Shown: positions 8,755 through 19,332 of the stretch, piece after piece | Layout of the letters: every line of letters starts with the position of its first letter | Position numbering within the stretch: position 1 is the stretch's first letter | Assembly: GCA_026390595.1 (NCBI GenBank) | Contig: JAPLFQ010000019.1 | Span: 41,860-105,859 of the forward strand | DNA: 64,000 bases | Source: Ignavibacteriales bacterium | GTDB taxonomy: Bacteria > Bacteroidota > Ignavibacteria > UBA10030 | Reading direction: 5' to 3' | The notes under the pieces: model-generated | Databases searched by the model: none | Told to the model about the DNA's origin: nothing | Seen by the model: the letters and a program-made list of their open reading frames with translations, nothing else | Translations under genes and position numbers: made by a program

Positions 8755-9998
8755 CATCCTATAATTCGTTTGGAGTCGAACAACAGCAGGTCCTCGAAGC
8801 TGCGAGGATCCTGAACCTGGACAAAGCGACGAGCGACCTGCTTCTTTGGCCGCAGCGCGAATTCAAATTCACCATGCCTGTCAAGATGGACAACGGCGAG
8901 GTGAAGATCTTCCACGGATACAGGATACAATACAACTATGCCCGTGGTCCGGCGAAGGGAGGAATTCGCTTCCACCCGGACGAGACGGTCGATACCATCC
9001 GGGCTCTCGCGGGATGGATGACGTGGAAAACGGCCGTGCTTGATCTGCCGCTCGGCGGCGGAAAGGGGGGCGTGGTCTGCGATCCAAGGCATATGTCGGA
9101 TCGTGAACTCGAAAACGTGGCACGCGGGTATGTGCGGGCAGTGGCCCCGCATATTGGAGTCGACAAGGATATTCCGGCCCCTGACGTATATACGAATCCA
9201 CAGACGATGGCGTGGATGATGGATGAGTATGAGACGATTCTCAATATTCATCAGCCCGGCGTACTGACGGATAAACCGATGCAGATCGGGGGAACAGAAG
9301 GACGACGTGACGCCACGGCGCGCGGAGGTGTCATCAGCGTGAGGGAGGCATGCAAGGTGCTCGGCGTCGATCCGCATGGGGCGTTCGCGATCCAGGGCTT
9401 CGGCAATGCCGGCCAGAGGGCTGCATTGTTACACCAGGAGCTGCTGGGCGGCGGGAAGCTGGTCGCGGTCTGCGATTCGCGGGGAGGCATTTCCAATGTC
9501 GATGGCTTGAATCCCAAGGAACTCGTCATGCATAAGCTCAAGACCGGTTCTGTTGTCGGATTTCCGGGAGCGAAGTCCATCCCGCGCGACTCCATCGTCG
9601 AACTTGACGTACAGGTCCTGTATCCGGCGGCGCTGGAAAACTCCATCAATGATGAAAACGCGGCTTCTATCAAAGCTCGAATCATTTGTGAGTTGGCTAA
9701 TGGCCCGACCACGCCGGAGGCTGATCTTATCCTGCACGAAAAAGGAGTGCACGTGATCCCGGATATCCTCGCAAGCGCGGGAGGAGTTACGGTCTCCTAT
9801 TTTGAGATGGTTCAGGACAAGTATTCGTACTTCTGGGACGAGAAAACCGTCCATCAGCGGCTCGACGAGAAAATTTCGAGGGCGTACCTGACCGTGCAGG
9901 AGGCGATCAAGGAGAAGAAAGTCCATCCGCGCCTTGCAGCGATGGTGGTGAGTGTTGCCCGTGTTGCAGAAGCGTGTAAGCTTCGGGGATGGGTTTAG
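8751..9998 (+). CDS. Glu/Leu/Phe/Val dehydrogenase, family II (GudB/archaeal-type GDH)
   Basis: RGPAKGGIRFHP, MTWKTAV, GGGKGG, PAPDVYT, IQGFGNAG, ELANGP, GGVTVSYFE. Confidence 0.93.
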   Translation: MTSYNSFGVEQQQVLEAARILNLDKATSDLLLWPQREFKFTMPVKMDNGEVKIFHGYRIQYNYARGPAKGGIRFHPDETVDTIRALAGWMTWKTAVLDLPLGGGKGGVVCDPRHMSDRELENVARGYVRAVAPHIGVDKDIPAPDVYTNPQTMAWMMDEYETILNIHQPGVLTDKPMQIGGTEGRRDATARGGVISVREACKVLGVDPHGAFAIQGFGNAGQRAALLHQELLGGGKLVAVCDSRGGISNVDGLNPKELVMHKLKTGSVVGFPGAKSIPRDSIVELDVQVLYPAALENSINDENAASIKARIICELANGPTTPEADLILHEKGVHVIPDILASAGGVTVSYFEMVQDKYSYFWDEKTVHQRLDEKISRAYLTVQEAIKEKKVHPRLAAMVVSVARVAEACKLRGWV

Positions 9999-10043
9999 AA
10001 GATAGTGAACAGGACACAGTGATTAGAACCTATCTCGAAAATA

Positions 10044-10143
10044 CTCACGCAAAGTCGCGAAGGCCGCAACGCCAAGAATTTGAGTTGGAGTTTCCTGTCT
10101 TTGCGCCAGCCCGCCATGCGGTCTGGTGGGGCTTTGCGAGAAA
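10044..10143. repeat. REP/MITE-like palindromic intergenic element
   Basis: CGCAAAG...CTTTGCG inverted ends (CTTTGCG occurs twice) with an internal hairpin (AGCCCGCCA...TGGTGGGGCT). Confidence 0.5.
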
Positions 10144-10215
10144 TTCTCTTCTTTTCGAAGTGTTTTTGGGATGTCCTCTAGTGAATGGATGAACACTGAA
10201 GAGCCGATGCGGCCG

Positions 10216-11376
10216 ATGGAAACAGTGCCCAGACCCTTTCTCCTCGTCGTGCTTCTCTTGGCCGCTGTGGGCTGGGGTCTCGCACAGGATATGAAGGTTT
10301 CGGTGCGGGTTGTCCCACCCGCGTCTACACCGCGTGATGCGAAGATTTTCATTGCGGGGAATTCTCCCGCGCTGGGAAACTGGGACCCGGGAAAAGTACT
10401 CTTGATCAGGGAGAACGCTCGGTTGTGGATCTATTCCACCGATGCGCCAGTTGGAAGTGTGCTCGAGTTCAAAATTACACGTGGCAGTTGGAGCTCTGAG
10501 GCCCTCTATGTCGACGGCGCCATTCCCCAGAATACGGTTGTCAAGATATCTTCCGACACCGTGATTACGCTGGCCCCTGTGACCTGGAATGATCTCTCTC
10601 AATCCCGCAAGAACCGTACGCTGGCAGGCGGTGTCACCGGCACAGTCCGGTATCATCGTTCCCTGAAAGGGGAGGGATTGAATTTTGCCCGCGATATTCT
10701 CGTGTGGCTTCCTCCGTCGTACAGAAGGGAACCCGTGAAACGATATCCGGTCCTCTACATGCATGACGGACAGAACGTCTTTGATCCCGCGACGTCGTTC
10801 ATAGGATTTGACTGGCGGGCTGACGAAGTTGCGGACAGTCTGATCCGGGCGCATGCAATCGAAGACATTATCATCGTCGGTATCAATAGCACTCCCGATC
10901 GCATGAAGGAGTATGCGGATACTGAGCTGGGTCGGAAATATGCCAGATTTGTCGTCGATCGTGTGAAACCTTTCATCGACTCCCGGTATCGTACCAAACC
11001 CTCCCGTGAGAACACTGCGGTGATGGGTTCTTCGATGGGTGGATTGGTTTCCATGTTGTTTGTCTTGTGGTATCCGGCCGTGTTTTCCGAAGCGGCCTGT
11101 CTCTCGTCGTCAGTAGGATTCGGAATTGGCGAAAAAGACCTGGAAGAAAGTTTCAACGAAAACCAATTGAGCAAGCACCTGCGCATCTATATGGACGTCG
11201 GTGAGCTCGAGAGGTCCTTGCTCCCCGGCAATGAGGCTCTCGCTGCGTTCCTTCAGAAGAACGGATACGAGTCCGGCAAGAACTTCGAGTACTTTGTCGC
11301 ACAAGGCGCACTGCACAACGAGCAGGCCTGGGCTCACCGGCTGTGGCGCCCCTTGACGTTCCTGTTCGGACGATAG
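10216..11376 (+). CDS. Secreted CBM20-like domain plus alpha/beta-hydrolase (esterase family); start approximate
   Basis: Signal peptide, then FIAGNSPALGNWDPG / LEFKITRGSW (CBM20-like), then YPVLYMHDGQNVF, GSSMGG nucleophile and GALHNEQAW. Confidence 0.85.
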   Translation: METVPRPFLLVVLLLAAVGWGLAQDMKVSVRVVPPASTPRDAKIFIAGNSPALGNWDPGKVLLIRENARLWIYSTDAPVGSVLEFKITRGSWSSEALYVDGAIPQNTVVKISSDTVITLAPVTWNDLSQSRKNRTLAGGVTGTVRYHRSLKGEGLNFARDILVWLPPSYRREPVKRYPVLYMHDGQNVFDPATSFIGFDWRADEVADSLIRAHAIEDIIIVGINSTPDRMKEYADTELGRKYARFVVDRVKPFIDSRYRTKPSRENTAVMGSSMGGLVSMLFVLWYPAVFSEAACLSSSVGFGIGEKDLEESFNENQLSKHLRIYMDVGELERSLLPGNEALAAFLQKNGYESGKNFEYFVAQGALHNEQAWAHRLWRPLTFLFGR

Positions 11377-11566
11377 AGACCCGTTGCTCCCCAAAGGACT
11401 TCTGCGTTCAATAATCGAATGTTCGACATTCGAAATTCCCCAGATCATCAGAACCAGTGAATGCTCAACACCGATCAAGGAATGTTGAATGATGAAGTTG
11501 TTTGACCGTCACCCGAGCTTGACCAGACCCCTTGTTCATTCACAAATCTCCTCCCGGAGGATTTCC

Positions 11567-13591
11567 ATGAGACGTATCGCCATCCTATGTGCTGTCCTGA
11601 TTCCGATTGTTCTCGTCCACGCGCAGACGAAACACTCCATCCTGTTTGATGAATTTATCAGCCTCGGCCGGGTCACCGACCCTCAGGTTTCTCCTGACGG
11701 AAGAACCGTCGCGTTCGTCGTGACCTACCAGAACAAGCTGGAGAACAAGTCGAACAGCAATATCTACCTTGTCCCGGTCGATGGAGGATCAGTCCAACAG
11801 CTCACAAATGCGAAGGGGGCGAACAATACGCCACGCTGGCTGCCTGACGGCAAATCACTCGCCTTTGTATCTACCCGCGACGGAGAAGCCCAGATCTGGG
11901 TTGTTCCGGCGACCGGAGGCGAGGCACGCAAGGTATCGACCATATCCACGGGAGCATCAGACCTGCAGGTTTCCCCCGACGGCATGTGGTTTGCCTTCTC
12001 CTCAACGGTGTATCCGGATTGCCCAAACGATGACTGCAACAAGACGCGGATGGAAGAAGCGGAAAAGAGCAAAGTGAAGGCAAAGATCTTCGACAAACTT
12101 CCATATCGGGTCTGGAATTCGTGGAAAGACGGGATGCGCAGTCACTTGTTCGTTATCGCGTCGGCCGGTGGAGAGGCGAAAGACATCACGCCGGGAGACT
12201 TCGATTCTCCGCCGATCGATCTGGGAGGCAACTGGTCCTATGCCTGGTCCCCGGACAGCAAGGAAATCGCGTTTGAGAGGAATACGGATCGGGACATTGC
12301 CATCAGCACCAACAACGACATTTTCGTTGTCCCGGTTACGGGCGGAGACGCAAGGAAGATCACTGACAACGCCGGCAACGATTCCCAGCCCCTGTATTCG
12401 CCCGACGGCAGGTATATCGCATATCTTCAGATGAAACGGGCTGGTTTCGAAGCCGATCAAAAGCAGTTGGTTCTCTACGAGCGTTCTACAGGCAAGAGGA
12501 CAAACCTAACCGAAATGTTCGACTACAGTCTCAATGACGTGGTCTGGTCTCCGGATTCAAAGGTCATCTATTTCAATGCCGATGACAAGAGCAACGAGTC
12601 CATCTTCAGAATGACCATCGCCGGAAAGAAGATCGAGTCACTTCTCGGGAAAGGCTACAACCATGATCTGAGGATGCAAGCCGGAGGGAAGTCGCTCGTG
12701 TTTTCACGCGAATCTATCAACCAGCCTGTGGAGATATACCGGATCGATGCGGATGGGAAGAACATGAAGAACATCACGGGGATCAATGACAGCAAGCTCG
12801 GCCCGATTGAGATGAATCCGAAGGAGGATTTCTGGTTTGAAGGAGCCGGCGGCACAAAAGTGCACGGGTTCCTGGTGAAGCCCCCGGCGTTCGATGCCTC
12901 GAAAAAGTATCCCATGATCTTCCTGATCCACGGCGGACCTCAGGGACAATGGGGTGACCAGTTCCACTACCGTTGGAACGCCCAGATGTTTGCATCACGC
13001 GGCTACGTTGCCGTCTTGATCAATCCGCGCGGAAGCACGGGGTACGGACAGCAGTTCACCGACGAGATAAGCCGGGACTGGGGAGGGAAAGCGTACGAAG
13101 ACCTGATGAAGGGGCTCGACCACGTACTGAAAACCTGTCCATTCATCGATGGGAAGCGCATGGCCGCTGCAGGCGCATCGTACGGCGGTTACATGATCAA
13201 CTGGATCGAAGGGCACACAGACCGGTTCCGCTGCCTGGTGTCACACGATGGCGTCTTCAATCCGAAAAGCATGTACGGGACCACGGAAGAACTCTGGTTC
13301 CCGGAATGGGAGCTTGGCGGTTCACCGTACAAGAACCCTGAGCTGTATGACAAATGGTCGCCGATGGCGTTTGTCAATCAGTTCAAGACTCCCATGCTCG
13401 TTGTTCACGGGCAGATGGATTTCAGGCTGGACGTCAGTGAAGGTTTCCAGTTGTTCACCGCACTGCAGCGGCAGGGCATCAAGTCGAAGATGTTGTATTT
13501 CCCTGACGAGGGGCACTTTGTCGCAAAGCCTGCTAATGCCGAACTTTGGTACAAGACGGTGCTGGACTGGATTGACGAGAATACGAAGTAG
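11567..13591 (+). CDS. S9 family (S9C, DPP5/acylaminoacyl-like) peptidase
   Basis: GGAGGA SD and signal peptide. PD40 repeats (SPDG), IHGGPQG, GASYGG, DFR..., FPDEGH. Confidence 0.93.
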   Translation: MRRIAILCAVLIPIVLVHAQTKHSILFDEFISLGRVTDPQVSPDGRTVAFVVTYQNKLENKSNSNIYLVPVDGGSVQQLTNAKGANNTPRWLPDGKSLAFVSTRDGEAQIWVVPATGGEARKVSTISTGASDLQVSPDGMWFAFSSTVYPDCPNDDCNKTRMEEAEKSKVKAKIFDKLPYRVWNSWKDGMRSHLFVIASAGGEAKDITPGDFDSPPIDLGGNWSYAWSPDSKEIAFERNTDRDIAISTNNDIFVVPVTGGDARKITDNAGNDSQPLYSPDGRYIAYLQMKRAGFEADQKQLVLYERSTGKRTNLTEMFDYSLNDVVWSPDSKVIYFNADDKSNESIFRMTIAGKKIESLLGKGYNHDLRMQAGGKSLVFSRESINQPVEIYRIDADGKNMKNITGINDSKLGPIEMNPKEDFWFEGAGGTKVHGFLVKPPAFDASKKYPMIFLIHGGPQGQWGDQFHYRWNAQMFASRGYVAVLINPRGSTGYGQQFTDEISRDWGGKAYEDLMKGLDHVLKTCPFIDGKRMAAAGASYGGYMINWIEGHTDRFRCLVSHDGVFNPKSMYGTTEELWFPEWELGGSPYKNPELYDKWSPMAFVNQFKTPMLVVHGQMDFRLDVSEGFQLFTALQRQGIKSKMLYFPDEGHFVAKPANAELWYKTVLDWIDENTK

Positions 13592-13725
13592 CAGGGTATT
13601 CGCTGGTATCTGTCTGCAGTAGTCTGCGTTCTGTCTGCTCGTGTACATAAGAAAGCCGCTGCGACTCCAGCCGCAACGGCTTTCCTTCTTCCCACAACCA
13701 TCCCGGTTGTCCAGGACGGTGTTTC

Positions 13726-14133
13726 TCAGATGTTCTCTTGCTGTTGGTACTCCTGATAGAACAATGCGCAGAGTTTCCGCACGCGATCGTTGCCGTCCAG
13801 CCGGCCTGTCTGCTTGACCGCATAGATACCGACAGGGTCACCGATCTTGATAAGAGCCAGGGCCGCAACTATTCTGCCGCGCTCGTCGGTCTCATTTCTC
13901 AGCATCTGCATCAGGGCAAAGACCCCATTGGGACTTTTGATGTCACCCAGCATATTTGCTGCGCTGACACGCAATCCAAAATTGCTCGAATTTACTCCGA
14001 TGACCAGGTTGGCTTCCACTACTTCCATCTGAAAAGCTGGTTTGCTCACTTGTTTGTCTGTGCGAGCAAAAGCAGACGTCGTGAGGGCCACGGCGAGCAC
14101 GAGGGCCAAAGTGACCAATACCGACCGTTTCAT
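13726..14133 (-). CDS. Secreted HEAT-repeat protein
   Basis: GGAGGA SD and signal peptide. LRVSAANMLG / RIVAALALIKIG HEAT-like repeats. Confidence 0.8.
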   Translation of the reverse strand: MKRSVLVTLALVLAVALTTSAFARTDKQVSKPAFQMEVVEANLVIGVNSSNFGLRVSAANMLGDIKSPNGVFALMQMLRNETDERGRIVAALALIKIGDPVGIYAVKQTGRLDGNDRVRKLCALFYQEYQQQENI

Positions 14134-14408
14134 AATTCCTCCGGGTTAATGGGTTGTGGGAAAGAATGTGAATCTGTCGCTTCTGGTCCCAGGTTCTTCA
14201 GAATCTCATGGCCTGGTCCAATCAATCTGTCTTCTTCCCCTAAGACGCTCTTCGGTCGTAGGAGTTGGAAGCCTGTGACGAATGAGCCTTCCCTTGGGAT
14301 GAGTGACGCGTCGACACGGGGGAGATGCTGTTCTGAAGGGAATACCGGGGTTACTTTGGCTGCGAATTACGCTCTGCAGGGATGGCTGACCCGTGCCGAT
14401 GTGATCAA

Positions 14409-14437
14409 TTGACATTCAATTCTCCATCCCATACATT
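14409..14437 (+). promoter_or_regulatory. sigma70-type promoter for ptrB
   Basis: TTGACA-N17-TACATT. Confidence 0.65.
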
Positions 14438-14499
14438 ATCTGGCGTTAGCGAGCCCTTCACCAACCATTTCGGCCCGCCTAGGGAGGCACTCGAATTCC

Positions 14500-16608
14500 A
14501 TGAAAACCTTCATATCCATAGCCATTTTTTGCGCCATGATCGATCAATCAACTCAGGCTCAATCCAGCTCAACCTCCTTGACGCCTCCGGCAGCGAAAAG
14601 AATCGCCAGGGTGGATACGATCCACAACGATGTCCGGATCGACAACTATTACTGGCTCAGGGACAAAGAGAACCCGGAGGTTATCGCATACCTTGACGCG
14701 GAAAACCGCTATACGGAGGCGATGACGAAGAACATCGAAGGGTTTGAGCAGACGTTGTATAAGGAGATTCTCGGTCGGATCAAACAAACCGATTTGAGCG
14801 TCCCGTACTTATTGGGAGGATATTGGTACTATAGCCGCGTGGAGGAAGGGAAGCAGTACTCCATTTATTGCAGGAAGAAGGGTTCGATGGAGAGCCCTGA
14901 GGAGATTACGCTCGATCTTAATGAACTGGCGAAAGGCCACAAATTCCTCGGACTCGGCCTCTACGAAGTGAGCGATGATGGGAACCTCCTCATCTATTCA
15001 CTCGATACCACGGGCTTCAGGCAGTATCAATGCGGAGTCAAGGATCTGAAGACTGGCAGAATTCTTCCTGACGCTATCGGTCAGGTGAACGGGGCGGTGT
15101 GGTCAGCCGATAACAAGACCTTCTTCTATACGAAGGAAGATGCAGCGAAGCGCCCGTATCATCTGTATCGCCATGAACTCGGTGCAACGCATGACGAAAT
15201 GTTGTACGAGGAAAAGGACGAACTCTATCGGGTGGGAGTCGATCGATCGAGCGATCGGAAATACGTGTTCTTCATCGCGGGGAGCTCCATCACCGATGAG
15301 GTCCATTATCTGGCCAGCGATCAGCCCCGGGGGAAATTCACAACCCTGTACGCACGCGAAGAGGGGCACGAGATGAGCGTGGATCATCGCGAGGGCCTCT
15401 TCTATATCCGGACGAACAAAGGCGCGAAGAACTATCGCCTTGTCACGGTTTCCGACTCCGATCCTCGTCAGGAACTCTGGAAGGAACTCCTGCCTCACCG
15501 TCCGAACGTGAAGCTTGAATCAACCACGCTCTTTCGCAACCACGCTGTCTTTGTCGAGCGCGAGCAGGCCCTCATCAGGTTTGTGACTCATGATTTTCGG
15601 ACTGGCAAGAACTCAAACGTCTCCTTTCCTGAGCCGGTGTATTCTGCCGGGCCCGGGGCAAACCCTGAGTATGATTCCAGAGTCTTTCGATACAACTACC
15701 AGTCGTTCGTAACGCCAAGCTCTGTGTACGATTTTGACATGGAGACCGGGAAGAGCACGTTGCTTAAGCAAACGGAAGTCCTGGGCGGATATGACCCGAA
15801 ACTGTATGTGTCTGAGCGGGTCTACGCGAAGGCTGCAGACGGGGCGATGGTGCCCCTGTCGATTGTCTATCGGGCTGGAATGAAACGCGACGGATCAAAC
15901 CCGCTTGTACTGTACGGCTACGGCGCCTACGGATTCTCGCAATCTGCATCGTTCTCCGTGGTGCGTGTCAGTCTCCTGGATCGGGGAGTGGTCTACGCTC
16001 TCGCGCACATCCGCGGGGGAGGAGATCTCGGCGAGCAATGGAGGGACAATGGCAAGATGTTGAACAAAAAGAACACATTCACCGATTTCATTGCCTGCGC
16101 TGAGTATCTCATCCGGGAGAAATACACGTCGCCCGCGCATCTCGCAATTCAGGGCGGGAGTGCCGGCGGTCTGCTCATCGGTGCCGTGGTGAACATGCGC
16201 CCCGATCTCTTTAAGGTCGCTCACCTTGCTGTGCCGTTCGTCGACGTCGTCAACACGATGCTCGATGAAACGCTCCCGTTAACCGTTCCGGAATTCCTCG
16301 AGTGGGGCAATCCGAAGAAGAAGGACGAGTATGAGTACATGAAGTCGTACTGTCCCTACACCAATGTCGAGGCGAAGGCATATCCGGCCATGCTCATTAC
16401 GACATCGCTCAATGATAGCCAGGTGATGTACTGGGAGCCTGCGAAGTATACCGCGAAAATGCGAGTGACCCGGACGGACAAGAATCCTTTGCTGCTCAAG
16501 GTCAATATGGGAGCCGGGCACGGAGGTGCATCGGGCCGGTACGACGCATACAAAGAACAAGCCTTCAATTTCGCGGTGATCCTGGCGCAGCTCGGCATTA
16601 CGAAGTAG
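14500..16608 (+). CDS. ptrB: Oligopeptidase B (protease II, S9A)
   Basis: DNYYWLRD, YGYGAYG, HIRGGG, GGSAGGLL, VPFVDV, EWGNP, GAGHGGASGRY. Confidence 0.93.
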   Translation: MKTFISIAIFCAMIDQSTQAQSSSTSLTPPAAKRIARVDTIHNDVRIDNYYWLRDKENPEVIAYLDAENRYTEAMTKNIEGFEQTLYKEILGRIKQTDLSVPYLLGGYWYYSRVEEGKQYSIYCRKKGSMESPEEITLDLNELAKGHKFLGLGLYEVSDDGNLLIYSLDTTGFRQYQCGVKDLKTGRILPDAIGQVNGAVWSADNKTFFYTKEDAAKRPYHLYRHELGATHDEMLYEEKDELYRVGVDRSSDRKYVFFIAGSSITDEVHYLASDQPRGKFTTLYAREEGHEMSVDHREGLFYIRTNKGAKNYRLVTVSDSDPRQELWKELLPHRPNVKLESTTLFRNHAVFVEREQALIRFVTHDFRTGKNSNVSFPEPVYSAGPGANPEYDSRVFRYNYQSFVTPSSVYDFDMETGKSTLLKQTEVLGGYDPKLYVSERVYAKAADGAMVPLSIVYRAGMKRDGSNPLVLYGYGAYGFSQSASFSVVRVSLLDRGVVYALAHIRGGGDLGEQWRDNGKMLNKKNTFTDFIACAEYLIREKYTSPAHLAIQGGSAGGLLIGAVVNMRPDLFKVAHLAVPFVDVVNTMLDETLPLTVPEFLEWGNPKKKDEYEYMKSYCPYTNVEAKAYPAMLITTSLNDSQVMYWEPAKYTAKMRVTRTDKNPLLLKVNMGAGHGGASGRYDAYKEQAFNFAVILAQLGITK

Positions 16609-16666
16609 CGGGCGGATACAGAGAATTCTTTCACAGAGACACTCACATACACTGAACGGAGGGACT

Positions 16667-17176
16667 ATGCAGCCCACGCAAATGCAGCCACCGGTTCCAC
16701 CCCCTATGCGGCCAGTTGTACAGTATGCGGGATTCTGGCGAAGATTCGTCGCCCATCTCATCGATCAGGTGATTGTTGGCTTCATCGCACTCGTGCTGTT
16801 CCTTCCGGCTCTTGCGATGTTTGGCATCGGGGTCGGGGCAGGGATGATGGATGAGGATTTCAGCGCCGTCGGTTTTGTCATTGCTGTGATCGCAGCGTAT
16901 CTCGTGGCGATCCTCGCTGTCATGATCCTGGCCTGGCTCTACTTTGCCCTGATGGAGTCCTCGGCAAAACAAGCTACTCTTGAGAAGCTCGCTCTGGGAA
17001 TCGTCGTGACCGATCTCTCCGGCAACCGGATATCATTTGGGAGGGCGACAGGTCGATATTTTGGGAAGATCGTTTCCAGCATGATTCTCAGCATCGGATA
17101 CATCATGGCAGCCTTCACGGAGAAGAAACAGGCACTGCACGATATCATGGCCAGTTGCCTGGTGGTGATGAAATAG
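16667..17176 (+). CDS. RDD family membrane protein
   Basis: YAGFWRRFVAHLID...QATL.K..LGI.V.D...ISFGRA..R...KKQALHD. Confidence 0.92.
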   Translation: MQPTQMQPPVPPPMRPVVQYAGFWRRFVAHLIDQVIVGFIALVLFLPALAMFGIGVGAGMMDEDFSAVGFVIAVIAAYLVAILAVMILAWLYFALMESSAKQATLEKLALGIVVTDLSGNRISFGRATGRYFGKIVSSMILSIGYIMAAFTEKKQALHDIMASCLVVMK

Positions 17177-17225
17177 GCCTCGAACGTCATCATTCGATCA
17201 AACAAAAAACCAAGGAGCGTACCAT

Positions 17226-19109
17226 TTGAGCATCTCACCTCGTCAGAAAGTGATATCGCTGTCGTTCCTCATCGTTGCCTTATCCGCGCTGTTCTTGAGT
17301 GAAGGCCGGGCTCAGGATTCGCTCTACATCAAAGAGCATTACAGCAAAAGTGAATTCTACATCACCATGCGGGATGGCGTGAGGCTCTTTACGTCTGTCT
17401 ATGCTCCCAGGGACACAACCCGGCAATTCCCCGTTATTCTCAATCGTACGCCGTACAGCGTGGGGCCGTACGGGCTAAGCTCAACCCGTAACCGGATGGT
17501 TCCCTCAATGAACGAGGTGCGCGAGGGTTACATCTTCGCTTACCAGGATGTTCGCGGGAAGTACTTGTCCGAAGGGACGTTTGTCGACCTCCGCCCGTAC
17601 AATCCTGCGAAGAAAAGCAAGAACGATATCGACGAAACGACAGACACGTATGACACTGTCGATTGGCTCGTGAAGAATCTTGCCCGCAACAATGGGCGGG
17701 TAGGAATCACCGGCATCTCCTACCCGGGCTTCTATACCACGATGGGAACTATCGACGCGCATCCCGCAGTCAAGGCGACATCTCCGCAGGCGCCCATCGC
17801 CGATCCGTTTGTCGGGGACGATGAGCACCATAACGGAGCCTTCTTCCTCGCTCAGAACTTCGGCTTCTATATGTTTTTCGGGCATCCCAGGCCGTCTCCG
17901 ACCACCCGGACAATGTATTCTTTCCGCCCCTGGACGATGGACTCCTACAAGTTCTTCCTGGCCATGGGCCCGCTGTCGAACGCCAACAAACTGTATTTCA
18001 AAGACAGCGTCGCGATGTGGACGAACATGATGGCACATGAAACATTGGATGAATTCTGGAAGCCTCAGCTCGTCGCTCCTCACCTGAAGAACATCAAACC
18101 CGCCGTGATGACCGTCGGTGGCTGGTTTGATCAGGAAGACATGCTCGGACCTCTCCGGACATACAAGGAGATCGAGAAGAATAACCCGGGAATAGCAAAT
18201 ACTCTCGTGATGGGCCCGTGGTTCCATGGCGAATGGAACGGCGACGAGGGAGAGCGGCTGGGTGACCTCAATTGGGGTTCGAAGACCTCGCTCTGGTTTC
18301 AGGAGAATGTTCAGTTACCCTTCTTCAACTATTATCTGAAAGAGAAGGGGGAAGCCCCCAAAGGAGAGGCTATTGTATTTGAAACGGGTGTGAATGTCTG
18401 GCATCAACTCGATAGCTGGCCGCCGAAGAACTCAATGGAGAGAAGGTTGTATCTGCAGCCAAAGGGGGGGCTATCCTTTGATGCGCCGAAGGAGTCGAAT
18501 GACCAATTCACCGAATATGTGAGCGATCCTGCGAAGCCGGTCCCTCACTCGCGTGATATCCGGCCGGGTGTCTCCCGCGAAGTGCTCGGGGAAGACCAGC
18601 GCTTCGCAGCAAGCCGTTCCGATGTCGTCGTTTTCGAGAGTGACAAGCTCTCATCGCATATGACCATCGCTGGACCGATCGTCGCAAGCATGGAGGTCTC
18701 GACGTCGGGCACAGATTCTGACTGGATCGTGAAACTGATTGATGTCTTTCCTGATGATTCTGCCGGGGTGACGAAATCCGGAGTTCCCGTCGGCGGGTAC
18801 CAGATGCTCGTCCGCGGAGACGTGTTCAGAGGCAAGTTCAGAGAGAGCCTGTCCAAGCCGGTACCGTTCACTCCAAACAGAGTCACGCATGTAGAGTTTG
18901 AGCTGCGCGATGTACTTCATTGTTTCAAGGCGGGCCATCGTATGATGGTGCAGATACAGAGCAGCTGGTTCCCGCTCGTCGACAGGAATCCCCAAACATT
19001 CGTCAACATCCGCACCGCAAAGGAAACGGATTTCCGAAAGGCCACGCAGCGTATCTACCACTCTGCGAAGGATCGCACGTTTCTGAAAGTGCTGGTGTGG
19101 GAGAAGTAG
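17226..19109 (+). CDS. CocE/NonD family hydrolase (alpha-amino acid ester hydrolase / S15-like)
   Basis: MRDGVRL, RTPY, QDVRG, GISYPGF nucleophile, GWFDQED, GPWFHG, QSSWFP. Confidence 0.93.
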   Translation: MSISPRQKVISLSFLIVALSALFLSEGRAQDSLYIKEHYSKSEFYITMRDGVRLFTSVYAPRDTTRQFPVILNRTPYSVGPYGLSSTRNRMVPSMNEVREGYIFAYQDVRGKYLSEGTFVDLRPYNPAKKSKNDIDETTDTYDTVDWLVKNLARNNGRVGITGISYPGFYTTMGTIDAHPAVKATSPQAPIADPFVGDDEHHNGAFFLAQNFGFYMFFGHPRPSPTTRTMYSFRPWTMDSYKFFLAMGPLSNANKLYFKDSVAMWTNMMAHETLDEFWKPQLVAPHLKNIKPAVMTVGGWFDQEDMLGPLRTYKEIEKNNPGIANTLVMGPWFHGEWNGDEGERLGDLNWGSKTSLWFQENVQLPFFNYYLKEKGEAPKGEAIVFETGVNVWHQLDSWPPKNSMERRLYLQPKGGLSFDAPKESNDQFTEYVSDPAKPVPHSRDIRPGVSREVLGEDQRFAASRSDVVVFESDKLSSHMTIAGPIVASMEVSTSGTDSDWIVKLIDVFPDDSAGVTKSGVPVGGYQMLVRGDVFRGKFRESLSKPVPFTPNRVTHVEFELRDVLHCFKAGHRMMVQIQSSWFPLVDRNPQTFVNIRTAKETDFRKATQRIYHSAKDRTFLKVLVWEK

Positions 19110-19332
19110 GGGCGGCAGACGCGGGGTTAGGACGACTCATCGTGTGTGATGGGGCTCAATATCGCATCGCATTCTCCCTTTGGTTGAGCGTAATGCGAGA
19201 GACGACAATTGATCTCCTTTGACCGTGTCAGAATTTCCGATCGCGGTAAAAATGTCCGGAACCATGACCGGAGCGCTTTTGATGATGTCACTATCTAAAG
19301 GATATTGACCGCACCATCTCATACCGCTATGG

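Noticed and set aside
16975..16990. Single odd substitutions in conserved motifs (RDD TLGK to TLEK; YpdA VVDATG; GdhA SDLKIM)
   Set aside because: Isolated changes that cannot be distinguished from sequencing error or neutral drift without reads.
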